From the IMG/VR virus record IMGVR_UViG_3300044718_000101, positions 1-57,137 of that record: 57,137 bases of DNA. The stretch is one strand, 5' to 3'. This stretch comes from a virus. Its lineage: Duplodnaviria; Caudoviricetes. A program made the position numbers and the translations under genes. Below are positions 29,378 through 37,400 of the stretch, in pieces; the stretch's first letter is position 1, and each line of letters begins with the position of its first letter. Below the pieces are notes generated by a model. It made no database searches, was not told the DNA's origin, and saw nothing but the letters and a program-made list of their open reading frames with translations.

Positions 29378-29592
29378 TTTGGTTTTCCCTGAGAAAATCT
29401 TCCCGCACCAGGCCCGGCTAACCACGGGAGATGCGGCTTCGGACCAGTGATGCGGAAGACTTGAAATCTAGCCGGGGTTTTGAACCTACGTATTTGCGAT
29501 GCCCACCCCCATCCCTGGGAGATACCCCGGCTACTGTTGAACCCGACTGCACGGCCCGTTGAGGAGCCGAGATCGGGTCAGTCAACTCGTGG

Positions 29593-29757
29593 TTACTTGT
29601 TTGGGTTGTATGCGTTAGCTGGCATAACCCAAAGCTTGCCGTCCTCGGTGACGCGCTTCATTTCAATCGGCTTGCGGTTGGTTTGGGACAGCGCGCGGGC
29701 AACGGCAGGCCAAAGAACCTTGCGCATTCCGGCAGGGCGATAAAGTGTGTTTCTCAT
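29593..29757 (-). CDS. 54-aa basic hypothetical protein
   Basis: ORF from MRNTLY lying between two hairpin clusters. Confidence 0.35.
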   Translation of the reverse strand: MRNTLYRPAGMRKVLWPAVARALSQTNRKPIEMKRVTEDGKLWVMPANAYNPNK

Positions 29758-29772
29758 AGTGATTCGGGTATG

Positions 29773-29807
29773 AAAAAGCGCCCCGGCCCATTTCTGGAGC
29801 GGAGCGC
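29773..29807 (-). terminator. Putative intrinsic terminator
   Basis: GCGCTCCG..CGGGGCGC stem followed by TTTTT on the minus strand. Confidence 0.5.
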
Positions 29808-30074
29808 ATATTTCGTGGTGTCCTTTCTCGGTTCTGCCGACACCAGTGCAGATTCTTTCCAACCGAATCGGACGACGGTTTCATCAGCTAGATCGTATAG
29901 CCGTCGCCATCCCCAGAGTTAGCATGCTCACCAGCAGGGGATTGAAGCCTTTGAAAAAAGCGAAAACTCCCCGGGTGTTTGGATGACCGTGAGAAGTTTT
30001 CTGGTTGTGTTGGAAAGCCCATTCAGACGCATTGCACCCTGCCAGGTCTTCCGATTTAACTAAACGAGTCAAAG

Positions 30075-30284
30075 TCATAAAAAGTTGCTACGATTTATTT
30101 TCAGGTTCGCGGCGTACAAGATTCGCTCTCTTTCGATGAACGCAGCCAAGTCCACACCCTCCAACCGAACAATCTGAATGCTCGGGTTCGGCTCCGCCCG
30201 CGCGTGCGAAGCGTGTCTTTGTCCATTTGGCACCGTGACCGCGCTAGTCGTGTCACAGGGCACGTAAAACGGGATGGTTCTCAA
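30075..30284 (-). CDS. Hypothetical protein
   Basis: TTGA overlap with upstream gene. Confidence 0.35.
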   Translation of the reverse strand: MRTIPFYVPCDTTSAVTVPNGQRHASHARAEPNPSIQIVRLEGVDLAAFIERERILYAANLKINRSNFL

Positions 30285-30886
30285 GCCGCGTCCTCCGCCT
30301 TCGCCTCTTCAGCTTCGGCCCGCTTCTCAATCGCCTTCAAAACCAGCTTCCTAACCCGGAAGATCGCATGCTCTATGATGTACTTCTCCGTGTAGCCCAG
30401 CCGCTTCAACTCGGCCGGAAACGAGGGGACCGGCGGTAGCGAGGACTTGGACTCGATGGCCGATTCCCGGTAGCCAAGCCGCTTAACGTCATCCGGCAAA
30501 GATCTGGGCGGCGTTAGCGGCGGCGGCACCTTGAACAGCTTGAACGTCGACGCCGGTTCCCGCTGGTAGTAAACATGAATCAGCAACTCGCGCAGCGCCG
30601 TCGGAACGTTGCCCATCCCGTCCAGAATCCCGTCCACCAGCCGGAAGTCCGCAAGCTCGGCAGTCTGCTTCTGGCACGCCTCAAAGTCCGGTTCGCCGGG
30701 GTTATCAGTGCTCGGAGGAACCGGGTTCTTCAGCGGCATACCGACCACGGCCACCGCCCAGTTCTTAATCGCCCTATCCACCTGCTCGATCCGCTGACGA
30801 CGCAGTTCTCGCCTAAAAATCAGTTGCTTTTCTTGTTCTTGATCCATCCCTGTCTCCCAAACCTCACGCTCTCCCTGCGTTGTCAT
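30281..30886 (-). CDS. Hypothetical protein, candidate late-gene regulator
   Basis: Last large gene of the early operon before lysis (Q/RinA position); IKNWA and LLIHVYY segments; ATGA overlap with parB. Confidence 0.45.
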   Translation of the reverse strand: MTTQGEREVWETGMDQEQEKQLIFRRELRRQRIEQVDRAIKNWAVAVVGMPLKNPVPPSTDNPGEPDFEACQKQTAELADFRLVDGILDGMGNVPTALRELLIHVYYQREPASTFKLFKVPPPLTPPRSLPDDVKRLGYRESAIESKSSLPPVPSFPAELKRLGYTEKYIIEHAIFRVRKLVLKAIEKRAEAEEAKAEDAA

Positions 30887-31653
30887 GCCGATTTCTGCCG
30901 CTCCACAATAGCCGTCAAGTCGTTGAAACACCTGCTAACGATCTCCTGAGCCTCAGATGAGCTATGAAGTTCAGGATTCAAAAGCAACGACCGCAACGCC
31001 ACGAACCGCTGGGGCCGGGAAGTTTCGACAACCGTCAAACTTCGGGAAACAGGTGCTTTCGCCTGCTTGCCTTGGCGGATAGCCTCAGCGATTTGCAAGC
31101 CGGTCTTGCCCGTCAGTTCCTTGGCCCATCTACCCTGGTCCTCAGGCGCAACAGTTGCCAAAAACTTAGCATGCGAGGGCTTCAACTCGCCAGTGGACAA
31201 AGCCGCTTTGAGCTCGGGGGCCAAGTTCAAAAGTATAAGCCTGTGCTTTATCCTGTGAGTCGACACACCGGTCCGCGCGCTAATAACCTCGATCGTGTAC
31301 CCGTACACCTTGCGCAGCCGTTGATAGCACTCGGCTTCCTCAAGCGGCGGAATGTCGTCGTTCTGCAGTTGCGCGACGAGCTGAAGAATCTCGGCTTCGA
31401 TGTAATCGATCTCCCGAATGATGCAAGGCACATCCTGAAGGAGCGCTAGTTTCGCCGCTCGCAGTCGACGGGCACCGGTCACAACCTCAAAACCCGAACC
31501 GCTTAGGCGAACGACGAGTGGCTGCAGTACTCCGTGTAGCTTGACGCTCTCGCAAAGCTCCGCGAGCGTCTCAGGATTAAACGTCTTCCGTGGGTTAGTT
31601 CCCGATTCGCTCAACTTGGCGATCGGTATTTTCTTTATCTGCTCGACTTCCAT
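30883..31653 (-). CDS. ParB/RepB/Spo0J family protein
   Basis: NPRKTF, GVLQPLVVR, VTGARRLRA, PLEEAE motifs plus HTH. Confidence 0.9.
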   Translation of the reverse strand: MEVEQIKKIPIAKLSESGTNPRKTFNPETLAELCESVKLHGVLQPLVVRLSGSGFEVVTGARRLRAAKLALLQDVPCIIREIDYIEAEILQLVAQLQNDDIPPLEEAECYQRLRKVYGYTIEVISARTGVSTHRIKHRLILLNLAPELKAALSTGELKPSHAKFLATVAPEDQGRWAKELTGKTGLQIAEAIRQGKQAKAPVSRSLTVVETSRPQRFVALRSLLLNPELHSSSEAQEIVSRCFNDLTAIVERQKSA

Positions 31654-31739
31654 TTCTCAAACTCCTGTAAAAACTCAAACTCTCCATAGGGTTACTTGCC
31701 TTCCATGGGGTTGCTACTGCCCATGGACTAACCGGTGGC

Positions 31740-32276
31740 TCATGCACTTTCGCGAAGCTTGCGAATAGCCTCTTCACGCAAACGATCCGTCTCAGCAATC
31801 CCCGCTGCGGTAGGCGCACCATCGGGCTTAACCGTAGCTGTTGGCATCCTCACGCGCTTTCCCAACTGGTCGAACTTGGCTCGCAGCTCCGCCGCAAGTT
31901 CACGCCTCTCCCGCATTTCTTCCTCGGTAAGCGGTGGCGCGGGTAGCTGCTTTTGGGGATCGTCGTCAGCCCTAGCGTGGTATGCATCCAACCTGTTTAG
32001 CTTCACGGCGTCGATGATGTGAGCAGGCGCTGGCCAGGTTGCCTCTTTGCCAAGAAGCCTCATCACCCCCGCCTGCAACTCGGTCGGTTTCAGTCCGGCG
32101 CGTAGGAATAGCGATTCCCAAAGGGTCACCATGTCATCCGTGACCGTGGGCGCTTTCATCGGCAGACCCAGGGACAGAACGTACAGGGCGTTCTCCGCTG
32201 CGTCGTGCATCTCGCTTACTGCGCTCGTCGGCAAGTCGCTGTTTGAACTCTGTAGGTGATTCGATCCGTTTTCCAT
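31740..32276 (-). CDS. Hypothetical protein, possible helicase loader/inhibitor
   Basis: Directly after the initiator; W..L...WPAPAHI motif. Confidence 0.45.
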   Translation of the reverse strand: MENGSNHLQSSNSDLPTSAVSEMHDAAENALYVLSLGLPMKAPTVTDDMVTLWESLFLRAGLKPTELQAGVMRLLGKEATWPAPAHIIDAVKLNRLDAYHARADDDPQKQLPAPPLTEEEMRERRELAAELRAKFDQLGKRVRMPTATVKPDGAPTAAGIAETDRLREEAIRKLRESA

Positions 32277-33366
32277 TTGACCTCGTTTGTTGTTTCGGGC
32301 TTATCGCCCAAGGCTTGCGCCACTCCTCGCCTTCGAAGAAGCTCTTCATGCTCATCACGTACCGGGTGCCCGTCGTCTGGGGATTATCTCGTCCGCTAGG
32401 CGTCGAGTCGCAATAAGCCCGGTATCGGTTCACACCATCGCGGATTTCGAGCGCATCTCTGCCACGGTGAAGCGAACGCATAAACTCGGCGTTGCCCTCG
32501 ATCTCCCGCAAGTCTTCGTTTCCGCGAGACGGGTAGGTGGACTTGATCTCATTCCAGATTTCGGGCACCGGTTTAGAACAACCAGGTGGACCAGTCGCGT
32601 TTGCGGCCCCCGGCGAACAAGAAGAGACTGTAGTTTCTAATTGCTTAGAGTTAAGAGTTAAGAGTGAAGAGTATAGAGGGGGGTCGTTTTCGCGTCGATT
32701 TTCGCGATTTTCGTGACGACTTTCGGCTTTTTCGTGACGACTTTCCTTGTTGTCTGTTTGTTGCGCACTTTTCTGAGCCTCGTCAATACCCCCGGTTTCA
32801 TCGCCAGAGTCGTCACGACTTTCGGCTTTTTCGTGACGACTTTTACCGTTTGTCGTCACGTATTCCTCTATTTTCGTGACGAACTCCGCAACGTCGTTAT
32901 ATGTTTCGGGGATGCCCTTTTCAGCCGTGACGCAAATACCCTTTACCGACCTGTATTGCATCGACGGTTCCATGAATCCCGTCACCGGATGGGGGTATTG
33001 CGCCCTGATTCTGAAGTCATATTTGTAGCTCTGGTGCTTGAAGAACTTGGGAAAATACACATATTTCTTTCCACCCTGCATGTACTCTTTGATCAGTGGA
33101 ACGCCGCTATCATCAACCGCACTTTTCAAGAGGGCTATTGCCTGGGCCACTTGGTGATTTGTCGCCCTTCCAGGCACCACTTCGCGGGCCCATTTCGCCG
33201 GGCTTGCGTCATATCTGCCGTAGTGGTCAGCGTGGGACCGGCCATAGGTAAACATGAGCTCAGCGAGCACAGAAACGAACGGATCAACGTTCGTATCGGC
33301 GTCTCCCCAAAGCATCGCGAGTTGCCCGCTTACCGATGATTCGCTACTCGTTATTGTCGATCCCAT
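32134..33366 (-). CDS. Phage replication initiator (O-like)
   Basis: HADHYGR N-terminal motif, YFPKFFKHQ, repetitive linker with iterons, C-terminal YP..YC..YVM..SFF domain. Confidence 0.75.
   Translation of the reverse strand: MGSTITSSESSVSGQLAMLWGDADTNVDPFVSVLAELMFTYGRSHADHYGRYDASPAKWAREVVPGRATNHQVAQAIALLKSAVDDSGVPLIKEYMQGGKKYVYFPKFFKHQSYKYDFRIRAQYPHPVTGFMEPSMQYRSVKGICVTAEKGIPETYNDVAEFVTKIEEYVTTNGKSRHEKAESRDDSGDETGGIDEAQKSAQQTDNKESRHEKAESRHENRENRRENDPPLYSSLLTLNSKQLETTVSSCSPGAANATGPPGCSKPVPEIWNEIKSTYPSRGNEDLREIEGNAEFMRSLHRGRDALEIRDGVNRYRAYCDSTPSGRDNPQTTGTRYVMSMKSFFEGEEWRKPWAISPKQQTRSNGKRIESPTEFKQRLADERSKRDARRSGERPVRSVPGSADESAHGHG
32645..32882. repeat. Putative replication origin: iterons plus AAGAGT tandem
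   Basis: TTTTCGTGACGA four times, GTCGTCACG twice in inverted orientation, adjacent (T/G)AAGAGT repeats, all inside the initiator gene. Confidence 0.75.
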
Positions 33367-33477
33367 CTACTCCCAATCCTTGGGCGCGAGGGTTGGGTTA
33401 AGTGATTCCACCAATCGCACCTCCAATGTGCATAGTCGTCGGGATCTCCCTTCCCTTAGCTAGTGTCGAAATAGCCA

Positions 33478-34038
33478 CTATTTGCGCCTCCTGGCGTCGT
33501 AGGGCGCTAGTGTTTCCATGGTCACAAGCCTCACAGTTGGCTCCCACTTAGACCCGTGGCGGCCAGGCTGCTTCCAGCCGATCACATGGACGAGAAGACC
33601 GCATTTAAGCCAGTCCCGCAGGTTGTCGCACTTGCGGCGCTTGTTGAAAGAAGTCTCGTCGGAGCCGCACATCTTCGTGATGTGATTCCCCATCGCGTCA
33701 TACGCCGTGACCTGGATGCCAACCACTTCGCGATCGGGTTTAATCGCCATCCAGTCGAACAGGCCAAGAAAGTCCACGGTGAAGATGGAGCCGACGTAGC
33801 TGGTCCGCGTCTGGTCGACGCGGAAGACGACGTACCCCTGCCGCTCGTAAAACTCCCGGGTTCGCAGGTTGTGATCTGCCTTCTTTCGCTTCTCGCCCGG
33901 CTTCAAGGGGGCAGAAGACTCCCGCCGGCTCTCGCGAACCTTTTCGTAGTCAATCTCGCGCAGTTCCGTCTTTGGCTTGCCGTCGTCGAATGGATCCCAG
34001 TCGGGGCCGTGTTCTTCTATTAGGAGGGGGTTGTTCAA
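33478..34038 (-). CDS. PD-(D/E)xK-type nuclease, putative Holliday junction resolvase
   Basis: YERQGYVV..DFLGLFDWMAI..GIQVT. Confidence 0.6.
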   Translation of the reverse strand: MNNPLLIEEHGPDWDPFDDGKPKTELREIDYEKVRESRRESSAPLKPGEKRKKADHNLRTREFYERQGYVVFRVDQTRTSYVGSIFTVDFLGLFDWMAIKPDREVVGIQVTAYDAMGNHITKMCGSDETSFNKRRKCDNLRDWLKCGLLVHVIGWKQPGRHGSKWEPTVRLVTMETLAPYDARRRK

Positions 34039-35009
34039 GACAGCACCGCCGGGAACTCATCCCAAGTCCTACCATCCAAATACCGCCCAGCGGCCTTCTT
34101 GCCAACACGGTAAAGGTCCGGCTGATCGTCGCAGTGCCCGTCGGTATGGGCTAGATTCTCGCTATCTAAAATCCAACGACCGCCAAACCATGTAGCGGTC
34201 TGAACGGTCCCACGAACGCGGTCCACATTCTCGCCAGGCGTCCACTCCCCCCACTGCTTGAAGTGGAAAGGGATACGAGCTTCCCGCGCCCTATCTCGTA
34301 GGTTCCGCGCCCAATCCGGATTCATCGGCCTTGCGTCGCGCCCACTTTCTCCGCCGCACAATATCCAGTTCGTCATCGCCAAAAGCGTTGGCCAAGGCGG
34401 CAGAACCTCCGTGATGTCTTCCAGCAACGGTTCGCAGCTCCAGAACTTCACCGGAGCAGGAAGCGCGGCCAAGTGCGAAGCCCTGTCTAAATAGGCTTGC
34501 TTATCCTCGATCGTCGTCCCGACCCATGCATTTTTTGGCCACTCGTCTTCGCGCATCCAGGATTCGGGGACCAACCGTTTGAAGTTCTGTGGCCGCTTCG
34601 TCAGGAACAAGAAAATCAGATAAGGAACGGTCTCAACCTTCTCGAAAATGCGCCGCCGGGCGGCGTCCATCCGCTCCCGATCCGCATGTCCAGCGTGCAA
34701 AATCTCGCAGATATCGCACATGGAACCACAGAAAACAAACCGTGGTTCACCGTCCTTTGCGGCCTCGGCGTTCCACTTGTCGAGCTGGTTCCAGTAGGCC
34801 TCATTCGTGAAGAATCTTGGAGCCTTATGGCCCCAAATATCCCGCCCCCAGCGCTTCGAAAGTGTCAAGGCATAACAGGAATCACAAGCCGCAGAAACCT
34901 TCGTGCAGCCGTGCCAAGGGTTAAAGGTATAGCCTTTGACCTTCGCCCCAGAAGGAAGTCGCCGCCAAGTCCACTCTATAATAGTTTCAGCCACGAATAT
35001 GCCTCCCAT
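34035..35009 (-). CDS. Phage Gp37/Gp68 (DUF5131) family protein
   Basis: FNPWHGCTKVSAACDSCYA, FCGSMCD, LTKRP, SCEPLL, GGESG, FHFKQWGEW, VGKKAAGRYLDGRTWDEFP. Confidence 0.93.
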   Translation of the reverse strand: MGGIFVAETIIEWTWRRLPSGAKVKGYTFNPWHGCTKVSAACDSCYALTLSKRWGRDIWGHKAPRFFTNEAYWNQLDKWNAEAAKDGEPRFVFCGSMCDICEILHAGHADRERMDAARRRIFEKVETVPYLIFLFLTKRPQNFKRLVPESWMREDEWPKNAWVGTTIEDKQAYLDRASHLAALPAPVKFWSCEPLLEDITEVLPPWPTLLAMTNWILCGGESGRDARPMNPDWARNLRDRAREARIPFHFKQWGEWTPGENVDRVRGTVQTATWFGGRWILDSENLAHTDGHCDDQPDLYRVGKKAAGRYLDGRTWDEFPAVLS

Positions 35010-35214
35010 ACCGAACGAAGAAGTCCGAATCTCGAAGCCAAACCTTTCGTCCGTTAAACTCGCACAGCGCCCGGCTAGAACCGGGCGCCTTGAAGATCAT
35101 CGTGCCCGCCAGACCCCAAGGCAGGCGGAACTCAAATAGGTCATGCAAGAGCTTCACCGGCACCTCGCAGGAATAGTCGCTGCTCGAAAGAATCGGGGGG
35201 GGGGGGGTAATCAT
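34987..35214 (-). CDS. Hypothetical protein with a C13 tract near the start
   Basis: ATGA coupling to the MBL gene; fills the gap. Confidence 0.4.
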   Translation of the reverse strand: MITPPPPILSSSDYSCEVPVKLLHDLFEFRLPWGLAGTMIFKAPGSSRALCEFNGRKVWLRDSDFFVRYGRHIRG

Positions 35215-35930
35215 AGAACGCACCTCTCCTGAGCCACGTAAACAGCCCGGCCCGTAACCTCTTGCACTCGTCGCTTGAAGTCCGCCTCGTCCGAATTCGC
35301 GTTGCTCAAATGGAGCAAGTGAATCTCCTCGACGCTCTCCAAGTTGTTAGCCTTCAGCATTTCGAGAAGGCGCTCAAGCGACATATGCGTTCTTGCCGTC
35401 CGCCGGAACCTCTCCCGGTCGATCTTCCCGCTGGCCACGTTCGATTGCATCAGCTCAGTAGAGTGGTTGCACTCCACCGCCAGAATCGAAACTCCCTCGA
35501 ACCGGTAAGGAGAGTAAAGGGTGTCAGTCAAGTAAACCAACCGCTTGCCGCTAGGGCCAAGCACCATAAAGCCCAAGGTTCCCGCCTGGTCGTGCATCAC
35601 CTCAAAGGGCTTCACGTGCCAGTCGCCGACCGCGAAGTCCTCCAAAGGAATAGCGGTCTTTGCTCTGTGACCCCCAAGGCCCAAGCCCTCCCACGTTTCC
35701 GCCGAAGCATAGCAATCAACGCCGGCGCGCATCATCTCTTTGGCGGCTAGGCAGTGGTCGCCGTGGCCGTGGCTGATAAGGCACCCCTGAAGCGAAGTAA
35801 CGCGGAAGTTCAGCGCCCGTTGGATGTCCCGGTAGCGTATGCCGCACTCAATCGCGAGCACGGCATTCCCATCGCTGGCGGTGTAGAAGTTCCCACCGCT
35901 TCCACTTGCGTGAGAGTGAAACTCAAGCAA
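35211..35930 (-). CDS. MBL-fold metallo-hydrolase (YycJ-like nuclease)
   Basis: ASGSGGN, SHGHGDH, HD, TDT, ECNH, HMS, LHLS motifs. Confidence 0.9.
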   Translation of the reverse strand: MLEFHSHASGSGGNFYTASDGNAVLAIECGIRYRDIQRALNFRVTSLQGCLISHGHGDHCLAAKEMMRAGVDCYASAETWEGLGLGGHRAKTAIPLEDFAVGDWHVKPFEVMHDQAGTLGFMVLGPSGKRLVYLTDTLYSPYRFEGVSILAVECNHSTELMQSNVASGKIDRERFRRTARTHMSLERLLEMLKANNLESVEEIHLLHLSNANSDEADFKRRVQEVTGRAVYVAQERCVL

Positions 35931-36408
35931 AGGGGTCTACCTCAGCTTTTGGAGCAGGTAACGCTTCGACCAGCGTTGCAGACTCTATTTCCCGGGCGCC
36001 TTCGCGTGGATACTCGGCAAATCCTGCCTGACCCCATTCCCTCGCCGCTTCGTCAATCCGGGCAAGCCGCCAGATAGCACCACTGAACAGCGAATCAGAA
36101 TCGTCGGCCACTCGCTGAACAAAGCCGCGAGGGTTTTGCGCAAACATCTTGCCCAGGTCTGGCGCGAACTGGTGGAGCAGCTTCCCGAGCTCGTTCTGAT
36201 ATTTTGCTACCGCCATAGACGTGTGCTGAAGGTAGAACTCGCCATTACCGAAGCAGTCTCCGGGATCTGCTCCAATGCCCGATGGCAAAAGCGCCTCAAC
36301 AGAATCGATGGCGCTCAGAATCTCCGCAGCGCGGTCGGCGTCCTCGCGAGATTCATACTCGCGAGAGCCGACCTTGAACTTATGGATTTCTTGGACGGTA
36401 AAGGCCAT
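35923..36408 (-). CDS. Hypothetical protein
   Basis: Coupled at both ends within the operon. Confidence 0.6.
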   Translation of the reverse strand: MAFTVQEIHKFKVGSREYESREDADRAAEILSAIDSVEALLPSGIGADPGDCFGNGEFYLQHTSMAVAKYQNELGKLLHQFAPDLGKMFAQNPRGFVQRVADDSDSLFSGAIWRLARIDEAAREWGQAGFAEYPREGAREIESATLVEALPAPKAEVDPFA

Positions 36409-37400
36409 TAAATATCGTCTTCCGGCTGTCCTTCCGTCGCTTTGGCTTTAGCCACATCACCAGCGGGCGCGGCACTAGCTACAGCAGTGCCGACATGCTC
36501 CGGTTCCTCAACCGCCTCGTGGTCGATAATCTCGCCGGTCGCCCGATTCAGCGAAAGGATCTGCCCGTTCGCATGTTCGTCAACTTCGTCGGCAATCTCC
36601 GCAAGGAATGCGTCGTCCGCCTGACGTGAAACACTCGAGAGCAACAGCTTGTCGTCAGACATGTTGATAATCGGCTTCGTACGCCGCCGGGCCAACGTGC
36701 GCAGCGCGTATTCATCCGTATAGATGTCATGAGGGCTCGGCTTTTCCTTGGTGGAGTATTTGTAAGTGGGGGACTTGAGCCAACTCTTTCGAATGCGCTC
36801 CATGTCCATGATAATGCAGCCCATGTTTTCGCCCGTATCTGCATTCACGAACCCGCAGTAGCCCCCTATGATCAGGGCGCCCGTTTTTCGGGGGAATGGC
36901 TTCACGTGAGACTGAATCGTGTCAATCAGGCCATATGTGCTCGACCAAATCTTAACGATCTCAACGGGTTCACCGTCGTAAATCACATCCATGTAAGGAA
37001 CGATGTTCCCGGCCACGAGTTGGGCCACGTGGACATCCCCCCAGACCGACCGCTGACAGGTGAGTTGATTGCCGTAAACAATCCAGTAGCACTGCTTCTT
37101 CATGCAGTTGAGGGATTGAATGACGTAATCCAAAAGTGCGTTCGCCACGCTTTCAAGCGTGACTACCGAAGTGTCAATGACGCCGTTCTTCATAATCGGC
37201 TTGCTGTCTTTGTTCACAACGGTTTGCAGTTGAAGATATGCGGAGTTGAGGGCGTTGCCCGCGTCGTAGTTGGGAGGCAAAGTCAAAGCGCCCTTCTTCT
37301 GAAGGGCCTCCACCTGCTCCAAAATGCGGACGGTGATTTTCCCCTCGCTGAGGGGCTTGGTCGATAACGCGTTGTCTTTCTGTACGTTCTGAAGTGCCAT
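36408..37400 (-). CDS. recT: RecT-family single-strand annealing protein
   Basis: LPPNYDAGNAL, SVANALL, KKQCYWIVYG..L..QRS motifs; flanked by ATPase and MBL nuclease. Confidence 0.85.
   Translation of the reverse strand: MALQNVQKDNALSTKPLSEGKITVRILEQVEALQKKGALTLPPNYDAGNALNSAYLQLQTVVNKDSKPIMKNGVIDTSVVTLESVANALLDYVIQSLNCMKKQCYWIVYGNQLTCQRSVWGDVHVAQLVAGNIVPYMDVIYDGEPVEIVKIWSSTYGLIDTIQSHVKPFPRKTGALIIGGYCGFVNADTGENMGCIIMDMERIRKSWLKSPTYKYSTKEKPSPHDIYTDEYALRTLARRRTKPIINMSDDKLLLSSVSRQADDAFLAEIADEVDEHANGQILSLNRATGEIIDHEAVEEPEHVGTAVASAAPAGDVAKAKATEGQPEDDI

Noticed and set aside
29469-29533. Phage tRNA (GGTTCAAA within a 10-bp closing stem)
   Set aside because: No T-stem partner and no proper D or anticodon arms; kept only as part of the structured leader
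29850-29890. Hammerhead ribozyme (CTGATGA..GAAA on the minus strand)
   Set aside because: Extra G before GAAA, no consistent stems I and III, and the bases pair better in neighbouring hairpins
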